A stretch of DNA of 64,000 nt from Acidobacteriota bacterium (GTDB taxonomy: Bacteria > Acidobacteriota > UBA6911 > RPQK01 > CBDAPI01). Under the pieces are notes generated by a model. It was not told where the DNA came from, searched no databases, and saw only the letters and a list, made by a program, of their open reading frames with translations. Below, in pieces: positions 47,928 through 57,731 of this stretch. The first letter of the stretch is position 1, and the number at the start of each line of letters is the position of its first letter. Where the stretch lies: positions 134,057 through 198,056 of the forward strand of contig CBDFLV010000002.1 in the NCBI GenBank assembly GCA_965249245.1, written 5' to 3'. A program made the translations under genes and the position numbers.

Positions 47928-48576
47928 GAAAACCCAGCCCACGCACCAGAAGCCGAAGAAGCTGCCCAGGCCTGAGATCCAGCGATCACTGGCTCTAAAA
48001 AGGCTCACTCAGCGGCTTCGAGGCGAAAAGCAATATAACGTTCTCGACCTCGGTTGTTCGGTGCGTCAGAATGTTGAGTTCTGCTCGAGTTTCTGCCGGA
48101 AAATCTACATCGAAGATTTTTACTGCACGTTGAGCTCATTTGATTTTCTATCACCGGAGGACGGAGTGCCTCTGGAAACGGTCTACCAGTATCTGCTTCC
48201 TTTCAAGCCCGGAACTCACTTTGACGTCATTCTTGCCTGGGATCTGCTCAACTATCTGGAGGAGTTGGAATTCCAGGAACTGATGTCACATCTGGGTCGT
48301 TTTTGCCGACGGGACACTCTGTTGCTGGCTTTCATTTCTACGCGTAGATCCATCTCTGAGCGTCCTGCTAGATACTCGATTGTCGACCATGAGACCCTCA
48401 GCAGCCAAAGGCTCTCCGACATTCTTCGGCCTTGTCCGCAATACCAGGAGCCACAACTCGCCAAACTGATGCCGGGGTATGTGGTGTTAAATTCTTACCT
48501 CCTCCGCAACGGTTTCAAAGAGTACCTCTTCTCTTTTTCATCTGCGGGTCACCCGAAGAGACGCTTTCTGAGATAA
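47905..48576 (+). CDS. Class I SAM-dependent methyltransferase-like protein
   Basis: Motif I VLDLGCSVRQN and FDVILAWDLLNYL. The ATG at 47905 overlaps the bactofilin stop by 23 bp, and the ORF-track start at 47731 is likely too early. Confidence 0.55.
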   Translation: MKWIWSSRKTQPTHQKPKKLPRPEIQRSLALKRLTQRLRGEKQYNVLDLGCSVRQNVEFCSSFCRKIYIEDFYCTLSSFDFLSPEDGVPLETVYQYLLPFKPGTHFDVILAWDLLNYLEELEFQELMSHLGRFCRRDTLLLAFISTRRSISERPARYSIVDHETLSSQRLSDILRPCPQYQEPQLAKLMPGYVVLNSYLLRNGFKEYLFSFSSAGHPKRRFLR

Positions 48577-48631
48577 TTCGAGCACGCACTTGACACGCAC
48601 TTGAAAGGAGGAGTGCATCATACACACGCTC

Positions 48632-51600
48632 ATGAATACGATGAGGATGAGATTCCGCAAACTGCTTCCAGTCCTCCTGGGGGCCCTGGTTCTGCTCATA
48701 GCCTGCGCTGCCCTCGGCCGCCCGTCTTCCGCACCCGCCCGGCAGGGCCAGACACTAGAGTCCCGATTGACCCGAACCAACAACATTGGTGTCGCTCTGA
48801 TGGAGCAGCTCAAGTTTGAGGAAGCGGCTAAGCAGTTCCAGAAACTGGCCTCTCTGGATCCGCGATTCATCCCCGGCCAGGTGAACCTGGGAATCGCAAA
48901 GTTCTATCAGCAGCAATACGAAGAAGCCGCCCAGTCCTTTCAGAGAGCACTGCGGATCGATCCCGACCAGCTTCAGTCGCTTTACATGACGGGCCTTATC
49001 CATCGAAACCGGGCGGACACCGCCGGGGCCCTGGAAAGCTTCCAGAGAGTCGTGGACATTGATCCCGACGACCCTTCAGCCAATTACTTCCTCGGACTCC
49101 TCTACCGTCGAGAACGGGAATTCGAGAAAGCAACCTCCCACCTCAGGAAGACCTTGGAGTTCCAGCCGTTCAGCGCCTCTGCTCGATACAACCTGGCCAT
49201 TGCCTTGCAAAGGAGCGGTCAACAAGATGCCGGGATGGCTCAGATGCTCGAGTTCCAGCGGCTGCAGGGTCAATTTGGGACCGATACGATCGGTCTCCAG
49301 TATCTCGAGCAAGGACGTTACTCCCTGGTCATCGATCAACTAGACCCCTATCTAAAGGCTGACGATCAAGAGAAGACCTCGATCGAGATTTCCTTTTCGG
49401 AAGTCTCATCAGAGCTGGGAATGCCACCCTCAGCACGTCTCCAGGCCGGCAGCAACTCGGTGATTGAGCCTGGCTCGTTGCTGCGCCGAAAAGGTCTGGA
49501 ACGACTGGGTAGCGGAGTCAGTTTCGGAGACTTCAATGGGGATGGCTGGTTCGATCTTCTTGTCGCCAGCTCGTCTTTCGAAGGGACGGGAAGCCGTCTT
49601 TTTCGGAATGTCGAAGGTCGTTTCGTTGATGTCACCTCATCGGCCGGGCTGGACGGCTCAACAGCTGTCATGTCCGGGATCTGGGGTGACTACAACAATG
49701 ACGGACAGCTCGACCTTTACCTGGTGCGTCTGGGTGCGAACCGACTGTACGTGGGTGACGGCGAGAGCTTCACGGATCGGACTACGGAAGCGGGCGTAGG
49801 AGATGCAGGTGGAGGCAGCACCGCGACAGCCGTTGATTACGACCATGATGGCGACCTCGACATCTATGTAGCCAACCTCCTGGCTCCGGCAGCAGCCAAG
49901 GTAACAACCGCCGGTTTCCGCGCAACGGGGCACCCCAATGTTCTTTATCGAAACAACGGAGACGGAACTTTTTCGGATGTATCCGAAGCGGCCGGTGTGA
50001 CCGGTGGCAGTTCCTCGACCACGGCCGTCGCGGCCTTTGACTTCAACAACTCCAGAGATGTCGACCTGCTTGCAACCAACTCGGACGCGCCTCCCTCGCT
50101 CTTTAGTAATCTCCGCGATGGAACCTTTCAGGTCCTGGACTTGCCGACTCAGTGGCCGATACTGACGTTTGCGGTGGGCGACCTGAATCGAGATGGGAGA
50201 ATGGACCTCGTTGCCGGCCTGGGAGACGGAGCAAGCAACGCCGCGCTCTTCCTGACTGGCTCGAGCAACTCGTTTCGGACAGACTCCGCCCGGACTCTTT
50301 TTCCGCAGGGAATGAGACTCATCGCCCTTCAAACCCTGGACGCGGACAACGACGGGGATCTGGACCTGGCTGCTGTGGCTGAAAAGAGGTCCACAAGCCT
50401 GGTTGAGACTTCGATTCATTTCTTCCAAAACCGGCAGGGAAGACTGGTTGAGACGGCTGGCGGCGACTTCAAGGATCATCGGAATCTGGAGGTTCGGGGG
50501 TTGAGTGTAGTCGACTTCGACAACGACGGAGACCTCGACTTCGCGGTGGCAGTTAACCAGAGCCTGCCCCTGTTGTTTCGGAACGACACCGTGTCGCGCA
50601 ACAGCTGGCTTCAGGTCCAGTTGTCCGGTACCAACAGCAACCGTCTGGGGCTGGGAACCAAGGTAGAGGTGCTGGCCGGTCGATTGTGGCAAAAGGCCGA
50701 GGCGATGGGGGGACACGGGGGCATGAGCCAGAATCCGCCTCTGATCCATTTCGGCCTGGGCTCGAACAAGGCTGATGCGGTCCGGCTGTTGTGGCCTGGA
50801 GGAGTCCTTCAATCGGAGATCGACCCACCCCTCAGCAAGCGCTTCACCGTGCAGGAGCTGGATAGAAAGGGGACCAGCTGCCCAATCCTCTACGTCTGGG
50901 ACGGAACTGGCTATCGCTTCCAAACGGACTTTCTCGGGGGCAGCGCCTTTGGCACCCTGCTGGCCCCGGCAACCTACGGCTACCCCGACACCGACGAGTA
51001 CATCAAGCTTTCCCGCCAGGACGTTGTTTTGAAAAACGGGCAACTGGGGATCACTCTCAACAACCAGCTCGAGGAGATCATTTTCTTCGACAAGCTGGAG
51101 CTGGTAGCGGTTGACCACCCGACGGAATTTGACGTTTATCCGGATGAGAAGCTGCTTCCCGGTCCTCCCTACGATTCCCATCGCCTGCTCACATTCCAGG
51201 CGCCACGCCTGCCCGTCTCGGCCAGGGACGGGAAGGGTCGCAGCGTACTGAGGGAAATCAGCTATATCGACCGGGTTTACGCGCCTCTCTTCGAGCCCAC
51301 TCTCTTTAAAGGATATGCGAACCTGCATGAGTTGGTTCTCGACCTGGGAAAGACCGAGGACGAGCGAGTGCTCCTGCTGATGCACGCCTGGATCGATTAT
51401 GCGGACAGTACCAGCAATCTTGCAGCCTCTCAGGCTGGGATGGCTCTGGTGCCGCCTTCGCTGCAGGTCCAGGATGAATCGGCCCGGTGGGTCACGGTTC
51501 TGAGCCGAATGGGCTTCCCGGCCGGGTTGCCCAAGCCCATGACGGTGGACCTGACCGGCAAATTTCTGTCCCCATCGAGAAAAGTCAAGATCGTGACCAA

Positions 51601-52153
51601 CATGCGCATCCATTGGGATCAGATTCTGGTGGAGAGTTCTGTTGCCCGGACCGACTTCCGGACAGCCAGGCTGCCACCTTCCGCAGCAGATCTTCAGTTG
51701 GGAGGCTTTCCCGAGTTCTCCAGCCCGGATGGCCGCCTGCCCAAGATCTATGATTATTCCAATCGGTCACAGGTGGCTCAGTGGAAAACGCACATCGGCG
51801 CCTACACCCGCTACGGCGATGTGCGCCCGCTGCTGGCAGAGATCGACGACTTTTTTGTCATTACGCGCTCGGGTGATCAGATTGAAGCCTGGTTCGACGC
51901 AGACACCCTGCCCTCTCTTCCGGCCGGATGGACCCGGGATTATCTGGTCTTCGTAGATGGTTTCGGGAAAGACATGGACGTCAATTCGGCGGCCGCCGAC
52001 TATGTGGGGCCGCTTCCCTTTCACGGGATGGGTTCCCTCCCCTATCCTGCCCAGGAAGAGTTTGCGAACTCGGATCGTTACCGGAACTACATGAAGACCT
52101 GGAACACCCGGCTTGTTGAAGAATGGATCCCTCCCCTGACAGGTCGGCGGTAG
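48632..52153 (+). CDS. Large secreted TPR plus FG-GAP/VCBS beta-propeller plus ASPIC/UnbV (CRTAC1-family) protein
   Basis: 1173 aa. Signal peptide, N-terminal TPRs, six or more FG-GAP repeats (FGDFNGDGWFDL, DYNNDGQLDL, DYDHDGDLDI, DLNRDGRMDL, DADNDGDLDL, DFDNDGDLDF), and an ASPIC/UnbV segment (GLGTKVEVLAGRLWQKAEAMGGHGGMSQNPPLIHFGLG). Confidence 0.8.
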   Translation: MNTMRMRFRKLLPVLLGALVLLIACAALGRPSSAPARQGQTLESRLTRTNNIGVALMEQLKFEEAAKQFQKLASLDPRFIPGQVNLGIAKFYQQQYEEAAQSFQRALRIDPDQLQSLYMTGLIHRNRADTAGALESFQRVVDIDPDDPSANYFLGLLYRREREFEKATSHLRKTLEFQPFSASARYNLAIALQRSGQQDAGMAQMLEFQRLQGQFGTDTIGLQYLEQGRYSLVIDQLDPYLKADDQEKTSIEISFSEVSSELGMPPSARLQAGSNSVIEPGSLLRRKGLERLGSGVSFGDFNGDGWFDLLVASSSFEGTGSRLFRNVEGRFVDVTSSAGLDGSTAVMSGIWGDYNNDGQLDLYLVRLGANRLYVGDGESFTDRTTEAGVGDAGGGSTATAVDYDHDGDLDIYVANLLAPAAAKVTTAGFRATGHPNVLYRNNGDGTFSDVSEAAGVTGGSSSTTAVAAFDFNNSRDVDLLATNSDAPPSLFSNLRDGTFQVLDLPTQWPILTFAVGDLNRDGRMDLVAGLGDGASNAALFLTGSSNSFRTDSARTLFPQGMRLIALQTLDADNDGDLDLAAVAEKRSTSLVETSIHFFQNRQGRLVETAGGDFKDHRNLEVRGLSVVDFDNDGDLDFAVAVNQSLPLLFRNDTVSRNSWLQVQLSGTNSNRLGLGTKVEVLAGRLWQKAEAMGGHGGMSQNPPLIHFGLGSNKADAVRLLWPGGVLQSEIDPPLSKRFTVQELDRKGTSCPILYVWDGTGYRFQTDFLGGSAFGTLLAPATYGYPDTDEYIKLSRQDVVLKNGQLGITLNNQLEEIIFFDKLELVAVDHPTEFDVYPDEKLLPGPPYDSHRLLTFQAPRLPVSARDGKGRSVLREISYIDRVYAPLFEPTLFKGYANLHELVLDLGKTEDERVLLLMHAWIDYADSTSNLAASQAGMALVPPSLQVQDESARWVTVLSRMGFPAGLPKPMTVDLTGKFLSPSRKVKIVTNMRIHWDQILVESSVARTDFRTARLPPSAADLQLGGFPEFSSPDGRLPKIYDYSNRSQVAQWKTHIGAYTRYGDVRPLLAEIDDFFVITRSGDQIEAWFDADTLPSLPAGWTRDYLVFVDGFGKDMDVNSAAADYVGPLPFHGMGSLPYPAQEEFANSDRYRNYMKTWNTRLVEEWIPPLTGRR

Positions 52154-52229
52154 CCGCCGTTCGTTCCGCGTTCCTCATCGCAGATTGGCCAGTTTCCCTG
52201 GTGGCGTTGAAGGCAAGCTCAGGCGAACC

Positions 52230-52320
52230 AAGGAATCGCAATAAGCGAAGCGACTAATTTGGAATTTGGAATTTGGAATTTAAAGTTCCCTTCGCTCCAT
52301 TTTCTTTCGCGAAAGGAACC
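52230..52320. repeat. Motif (reverse complement) GGAATCGCAATAAGCGAAGCGACT, then heptamer array (AATTTGG x4), then a second motif-like segment
   Basis: ggaatcgcaataagcgaagcgactaatttggaatttggaatttggaatttaaagttcccttcgctccattttctttcgcgaaaggaacc. Confidence 0.7.
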
Positions 52321-52341
52321 GTCTGCGATATCTTGATGTGA

Positions 52342-52809
52342 GTGATGATCGAGACTGAACAGCGACGAAGGTTTCTAGCGAAAATGGTGTGGGGAATCCA
52401 GGCCGGAATTGCGGCTGTTCTGACCGCTCTCCTGACTACCGCCTCGATGCTGCCGGTGTTTTCCAGCCGCCGGTCCGATTGGATCCCGCTGGTTGATCTA
52501 GAAGAACTGACGGATCAGCCCCGCCCCCTGGCGCTTCGCTTCCAGCAAACCCAGGGCTGGCTGACAGAAGACTTGAGTGAGGCGGTCTATGCGCTGATTC
52601 AGAACGGTAATCCTGTGGTCTTTTCCTCTCGTTGCACACACCTCGGATGTGCCGTGCACTGGGAGAGCAGTAACAGCCGTTTCCAATGCCCCTGTCACGG
52701 CGGCGCTTACGACCTCGACGGAGAAGTGGTGGTGGGACCGCCCCCGCTTCCCCTGCGGAGACTTGATGCCGAAGTTCGCGACAGCAAGGTATGGATACGC
52801 CGCACATGA
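52342..52809 (+). CDS. Rieske [2Fe-2S] iron-sulfur subunit of a cytochrome bc-type complex (Tat signal)
   Basis: Twin-arginine motif QRRRFLAKM, and CTHLGCAV...CPCHGG (CxH...CxxH). Confidence 0.85.
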   Translation: MMIETEQRRRFLAKMVWGIQAGIAAVLTALLTTASMLPVFSSRRSDWIPLVDLEELTDQPRPLALRFQQTQGWLTEDLSEAVYALIQNGNPVVFSSRCTHLGCAVHWESSNSRFQCPCHGGAYDLDGEVVVGPPPLPLRRLDAEVRDSKVWIRRT

Positions 52810-54158
52810 GGGTACTGATCCAGTTTCTCGATGAACGGCTGCCCCTGAGAAGACCCTTCAGGGCTTTTCTCGGCGATCCCCAGCCTCCCAGCGTGGGCTG
52901 GCTCCACACGCTCGGGAGCGCCGTGCTCTTCCTTCTCACGGTTCAGTTCCTGACTGGAGGCGTGCTGCTGCTCTTCTATGCACCAACACCCGACCATGCA
53001 TGGGAGAGTCTTCGCTACCTGGAAGAGCACAACCAGCCGGGAGCCCTGGTCAGGGGAATCCATATCTGGGGAGCCAGTTTCATAATCGTCGTGATTACTC
53101 TTCACATCCTGCGCGTGGTGATTGCCGGCGCCTACAAACGTCCTCGTGAACTGAACTGGATGGCTGGCGTGGTGAGTTTTCTGTTGATTCTGGGTTTTTC
53201 CTTCACTGGTTACTTGCTTCCCTGGGACCAGAAGGGCTACTGGGCAACGCGAGTCGGAACGGAGATGATCTCAACCGGTCCGCTCCTGGGGCCTTTCTTG
53301 GCGGACCTTCTGCGCGGGGGAGAGGAACTTGGCGCCTACACTCTGAGCCGCTTCTTCGCCCTCCATGTCTTTTTTCTGCCTGGTCTGTTGGTGGGAGTCG
53401 TCTTTCTCCATCTCTACTTGATGAGGAAACACAAGATTGCCCGGGATCCCTTGAGTGATGGAAAGGAAGGGCGGACCATTCCCTTCTATCCGGAGCAATT
53501 GTTCCGCGACAGCATGGCTTCTCTCGTCGTTATGGTTCTGTTGCTGGTCGTGGCTATCCTGTTTCCCCCGGGGCTTGAGGCCGGGGCCGATCTCTCCGAT
53601 ACCGCTTACGATCCGCGTCCCGAGTGGTATTTCCTGGCCCACTATGAGTTATTGCGAGTGGTCCCGGGCCCACCCCTACTGGCCACAGTCGTTCTTCCTA
53701 CGTTGATCATCCTGGCCCTGCTCGCGCTGCCACTGCTCGACAGATCGCCCTCTCGGAATTGGCGGCACCGAAAGCTGGCTGTTTTTTCTGTAGTCGCTCT
53801 GTTTGCCGGAATGTATGCAACTTCCGCCTACAGCAAGATCTATCACTCCGGTGAGCGGGTGCAGATCTCGGAGGAAGCCCTGCCCCTTCCAGAGGGCGAT
53901 CATCCCCAGCAGATGATCCGAGCCAGACAGGCGTTGATTCACTACGAGTGCATCAACTGCCACCGATTGGCAGACCAGGGTGGACTTCTGGGGCCGGATC
54001 TGAGTCAAGCCGGTTGGAAATTCAGTCGAGAGCATCTGCGCCAGCAGATCCTCGATCCACAGGCCAGTAATCCTGACTCCCGAATGCCTGCCTTTGAGGG
54101 GAAGATCAGCGCTCAGGACCTGGAGGCGTTGATCGAATACCTCAGTTTGATGCTCTGA
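52791..54158 (+). CDS. Cytochrome b subunit with a C-terminal monoheme cytochrome c domain
   Basis: Cyt b N-terminal domain with heme-ligating His in TM helices (IHIWGASFIIVVITLHILRV), and a C-terminal CINCH (CxxCH) motif. Confidence 0.85.
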   Translation: MDTPHMRVLIQFLDERLPLRRPFRAFLGDPQPPSVGWLHTLGSAVLFLLTVQFLTGGVLLLFYAPTPDHAWESLRYLEEHNQPGALVRGIHIWGASFIIVVITLHILRVVIAGAYKRPRELNWMAGVVSFLLILGFSFTGYLLPWDQKGYWATRVGTEMISTGPLLGPFLADLLRGGEELGAYTLSRFFALHVFFLPGLLVGVVFLHLYLMRKHKIARDPLSDGKEGRTIPFYPEQLFRDSMASLVVMVLLLVVAILFPPGLEAGADLSDTAYDPRPEWYFLAHYELLRVVPGPPLLATVVLPTLIILALLALPLLDRSPSRNWRHRKLAVFSVVALFAGMYATSAYSKIYHSGERVQISEEALPLPEGDHPQQMIRARQALIHYECINCHRLADQGGLLGPDLSQAGWKFSREHLRQQILDPQASNPDSRMPAFEGKISAQDLEALIEYLSLML

Positions 54159-54165
54159 GCTAATT

Positions 54166-54876
54166 TCAATCCATGAACCGGTAACGAATCAGCGCCCACA
54201 GCGTCCGAACCCCATCCTTCCAGCCGATCTTCTTTCCTTCCGCATAGGATCGGCCGCTGTAGGAGATCGGGGTTTCGTAGATGCGATACCCGTGGCGCGC
54301 GATTTTCATGGTGATCTCAGGCTCGAACTCGAAACGGTTGGAGCGGATGGTTACGCCTTTCAAGACCTCAGTCCGGAACGCCTTGTAGCACGTTTCCATG
54401 TCTGACAGGTTGAGGTTGGTCAGGATATTGGACAGTAGCGTCAGTGCCTTGTTGCCGACGTAGTGCCAGAAATACAGAACTCGATGGGGTCCCCCTAGAA
54501 AGCGGCTCCCGTAGACCACATCCGCTCTCCCGTCAAGGATAGGTTCCAGCAGCTTTGGAAATTCCCGCGGATCATACTCGAGGTCAGCGTCCTGAATGAT
54601 CACAACTTCCCCTTCGACACGCTCCATGGCGGTTCGAATGGCGGCACCCTTACCCCGGTTGCTTGAGTGCCGGAGAAAGACCACTGTACCGGCTACCCCA
54701 GGATCCTGAGCCAGACTGGCCAGAATCGCCGGAGTCCGGTCCGTGGAGGCGTCGTCCACGACGACCACCTCTTTGGGGAGGTCCACCGCCAGTACCCGCC
54801 GAATCAGAATCTCGACGGTCGGTTCCTCGTTGAAAACAGGGATGACCACGCTCAGTTTTCTTAGTTGCTCCATCAA
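54166..54876 (-). CDS. GT2-family glycosyltransferase (polyprenol-phosphate / dolichyl-phosphate sugar transferase-like)
   Basis: SVVIPVFNEE, VVVDDASTD, and the DADLEYDP (DxD) motif. Confidence 0.85.
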   Translation of the reverse strand: MMEQLRKLSVVIPVFNEEPTVEILIRRVLAVDLPKEVVVVDDASTDRTPAILASLAQDPGVAGTVVFLRHSSNRGKGAAIRTAMERVEGEVVIIQDADLEYDPREFPKLLEPILDGRADVVYGSRFLGGPHRVLYFWHYVGNKALTLLSNILTNLNLSDMETCYKAFRTEVLKGVTIRSNRFEFEPEITMKIARHGYRIYETPISYSGRSYAEGKKIGWKDGVRTLWALIRYRFMD

Positions 54877-55005
54877 ACAGAGTCCCTATCCACTCAGCGC
54901 AAAGCCCACGCCAGCGAGTACAGTCCAGGAATTCTTAGTAGCGCAGAACACGCAGTTAGAGCTTGATGGGAACCGGCTCACCGGCCCCGAGTTCGCGAGA
55001 ATTCA

Positions 55006-55938
55006 TCACGATTCGCCCGGGGCATAATAGCCCTTACGATGAGTCACTTTCAAGCCGCGTTTCTTGACTCGAACTTCCACTTCTCGAAATTCTCCGTCAC
55101 GCCGAGTACTGGTAGAAACGTAGCCGAGGCTAACCTGGTGTTTGATCTCCTGATTAATCTTCGCAAACGCCTCCCGAAGGCGCGCCAGGTCCGCCCGGGA
55201 CTTGAAGAAGTGCCCTCCCGTGGCCTCCGCAAAAGTCCGCAACTGGTCAAAGTCGGAATTGCTTTCGCGGCTCTTCACGCCGATTCCGAAAATGATCACA
55301 TCCCGCTCCTGTGCGGAACGGATAGCGTCACTGGACTGGTAGTAACTATTCGTGTCGGAGCCATCTGAGAGCACGATCATGACCCGCCGACCCACTTCAT
55401 GATGAAGAAGGTCCTCGGTAGCAATCACAACGGCGTCGTAGAGTTTGGTGGCGCCACCGGGAGGTTCCATGTCGTAGATCTCCGACTCGAGTTTTTTCAG
55501 GTCAAAGGTAAAGTCCTGAACCAGCTGTACTTCGCTGTCAAACTGGAGTACCGCCGCCAGATCCTTGGTCTCGCGCAAAGTTGCCTTCAGGAACTCAACG
55601 GCAGCTTTCTGTTCGAAGAGAAGCTCATCCTTGACGCTGCCGCTCGTGTCGATCAAGACCACGATCGTGAGAGATCGGGCAGTATCGCCGGTCTCGTAGT
55701 GAAAGAACTGCAATTCCTGGCGGATTCCGTCTTCGAAAACATCGAAGTCACTGATAGTCAGCCCCTGAGCATATTCACCCCGCTTGTTCTTCACAGTTGC
55801 AAGGACGTTGACGACATCGACCTCAGCTCGGATAATCCCGTCCTCGGCAGGGTTGTCCTGGGCACACAGAAAACTGGACCAGAGGACGGGAACAGTCAGA
55901 AGAACCCAGGTGGCGATGGTGCGCTGCGTCAGCTTCAT
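55006..55938 (-). CDS. Secreted von Willebrand factor type A (VWA) domain protein
   Basis: Signal peptide; MIDAS motif DTSGS (VLIDTSGSV), then T...D. Confidence 0.8.
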   Translation of the reverse strand: MKLTQRTIATWVLLTVPVLWSSFLCAQDNPAEDGIIRAEVDVVNVLATVKNKRGEYAQGLTISDFDVFEDGIRQELQFFHYETGDTARSLTIVVLIDTSGSVKDELLFEQKAAVEFLKATLRETKDLAAVLQFDSEVQLVQDFTFDLKKLESEIYDMEPPGGATKLYDAVVIATEDLLHHEVGRRVMIVLSDGSDTNSYYQSSDAIRSAQERDVIIFGIGVKSRESNSDFDQLRTFAEATGGHFFKSRADLARLREAFAKINQEIKHQVSLGYVSTSTRRDGEFREVEVRVKKRGLKVTHRKGYYAPGES

Positions 55939-56000
55939 TGGTTCAAATGCTCAGTCTAACCCTTCCCAGTAATAGTGAGTACCGAGTACGTCCTATGGTT

Positions 56001-56801
56001 TCAGTGCCGACCAACTGACAAGCATCTCTGGGTAGCCAGGAATGTGTACACAGCAGCGATACCGAGATAAATCAAATCGAACAGAAGGCCCTGCTGACCG
56101 GTGAGAGTCACTCCCAGATTCAGGATGAACGCGGGGGTCAAACTGTAAACCGAAATCGTAAAACATTCCTGATAACTGAGTCTGTTCCCGAGCCGCGCGG
56201 CTGCTGAGGCGGCACAGAACATCAGCAGCAACGCCTGCATGCTCCTGACTACGATCACGAAAACCCATTGTACGAGAAAAACGGCCGGAAAGAAGATCAG
56301 GCTGAGCCATCGTCCCCAGGTGTGCCACTTCTCGGGTCCGCTGAGCAAGGTCATAAGGGGCGCGACGTCCCTCCAGTTCCAGGTGCCTGAGGCCCCCTCC
56401 ATGAGCAATGAGAACTCATCACGCTGGAACACTGCCGCAGGCGGATCCAGATCCGCTACAAGCTGAAGGCCCTGTTCCTCAGTGTAAAAGAAGGTGATGA
56501 TCTGATCCCCAAAATAGTGCCGAACCAGAGGCTGCTCGCCTTCCACAACGAGCTGCCCTTCGTGGATCGAGATGGCGGGCAGGTTGTCGCCTGCCCAGAG
56601 GAGGAAATCCTGGATCTTCGGAAGCTGCACCCAGGTCGCGACTGCAGCAAATGCCAGAGCTACGAGCAGACACAGAAAAAGGAGGTAAGGAATTGTAACC
56701 AGAAGCGGCTGTCTGAAAACGACACAATAGAACTCAAACTCTGTGACGGCAAGATATGCCTGCCTCACAAAGACGAAGGGAGTTCGTAGATTTGAGCTCA
56801 T
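56001..56801 (-). CDS. Hypothetical polytopic membrane protein
   Basis: 266 aa with several predicted TM helices. No confident family assignment. Confidence 0.45.
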   Translation of the reverse strand: MSSNLRTPFVFVRQAYLAVTEFEFYCVVFRQPLLVTIPYLLFLCLLVALAFAAVATWVQLPKIQDFLLWAGDNLPAISIHEGQLVVEGEQPLVRHYFGDQIITFFYTEEQGLQLVADLDPPAAVFQRDEFSLLMEGASGTWNWRDVAPLMTLLSGPEKWHTWGRWLSLIFFPAVFLVQWVFVIVVRSMQALLLMFCAASAAARLGNRLSYQECFTISVYSLTPAFILNLGVTLTGQQGLLFDLIYLGIAAVYTFLATQRCLSVGRH

Positions 56802-56839
56802 TTTCAGATTGTCCGGCTGACACCCGCAAAGTCAATGAG

Positions 56840-57580
56840 TCAATCTGCGCTGTAGTAGAGGATCCGATTGCAGGCATCGCAAGTCGCGATGCGGGCAGAT
56901 GTCTTCACTTCAGCAATCAACTGCTTTCTCAAAACCACGTTGCAGACCCGGCAGGAACCGTCGATGATCTGAGAGATCGCCCGCCCGCCCCGCGCGTCTG
57001 AAATGCGCTGGTATTGAAACAAGCGCCCCGGGGGTAGTGCGGTGGCAAGGTTCTCTCGCTCCTGCTTGAGCCTGTCAATCTCCGCTGCGGCATGAGATGA
57101 GAAGGATTCAGCTTCTGTCCTTGATAGCCGCAATTCTTTGTCTCTGGTTTGGGACTCCTGTTCCAGAGTCCGCTTCTCTTCAAGGCGATCTTCTGAAGCC
57201 AGCATGTGCCCCAGCACCTGGTCTTCCTTGGCCTCAATCTGTCGCTCAATGGTCTCGATCTCAAGAAGCATTGCCTGGTATTCCTTGTTGGTCTTGACCT
57301 CCATCAGCTGTGTCTTGTACCTGGACAGCTGTTCACGCAAGGATCCAACCTCGTTTTCAGTCTGCCGCTGCTCCCGCTGATGCTCTTCGATGATCGTCTG
57401 AGCAAGCTCAAGGGTTCTTCGGTTTTCTTTCAGACCCTGATCCAGCTCCGACAGCTGCCGCGGCACCTGATCCAGACGGTCCCGCAGATCCTTGAGTTGA
57501 AGATCCAGTTCCTGCAGGTCGATCACCTGCTGCAGTTCCTCTTTTGCGCTAGGTTCTGCTTCCATCAAGCTTCCTGCCAA
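56840..57580 (-). CDS. Coiled-coil protein with a C-terminal C4-type zinc ribbon (zf-RING_7/DUF164-like)
   Basis: Long heptad-rich helical region, then C-terminal CRVCNV...CDACNRILY. Confidence 0.65.
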   Translation of the reverse strand: MAGSLMEAEPSAKEELQQVIDLQELDLQLKDLRDRLDQVPRQLSELDQGLKENRRTLELAQTIIEEHQREQRQTENEVGSLREQLSRYKTQLMEVKTNKEYQAMLLEIETIERQIEAKEDQVLGHMLASEDRLEEKRTLEQESQTRDKELRLSRTEAESFSSHAAAEIDRLKQERENLATALPPGRLFQYQRISDARGGRAISQIIDGSCRVCNVVLRKQLIAEVKTSARIATCDACNRILYYSAD

Positions 57581-57584
57581 AATG

Positions 57585-57661
57585 TGGTGGGCCCAGTAGG
57601 ACTCGAACCTACGGCCGCCTGATTATGAGTCAGATGCTCTAACCAACTGAGCTATGGGCCC
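57585..57661 (-). tRNA. tRNA with anticodon CAT (elongator Met, or lysidine-modified Ile2)
   Basis: The reverse complement GGGCCCATAGCTCAGTTGGTTAGAGCATCTGACTCATAATCAGGCGGCCGTAGGTTCGAGTCCTACTGGGCCCACCA has a perfect 7-bp acceptor stem, anticodon loop CTCATAA, and encoded CCA. Confidence 0.85.
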
Positions 57662-57731
57662 ACAGAATTCGACCCCAGACTTAGCACACCTCAAAACAAA
57701 AAAAAGGCGTCCCTCCCGGGACGCCTCCGTG

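Noticed and set aside
49658-51613. 651-aa minus-strand ORF.
   Set aside because: It lies entirely antisense to the CRTAC1-like gene, whose plus-strand frame carries repeated FG-GAP motifs. The minus-strand translation is Arg/Gly/Pro-rich with no domain signal.
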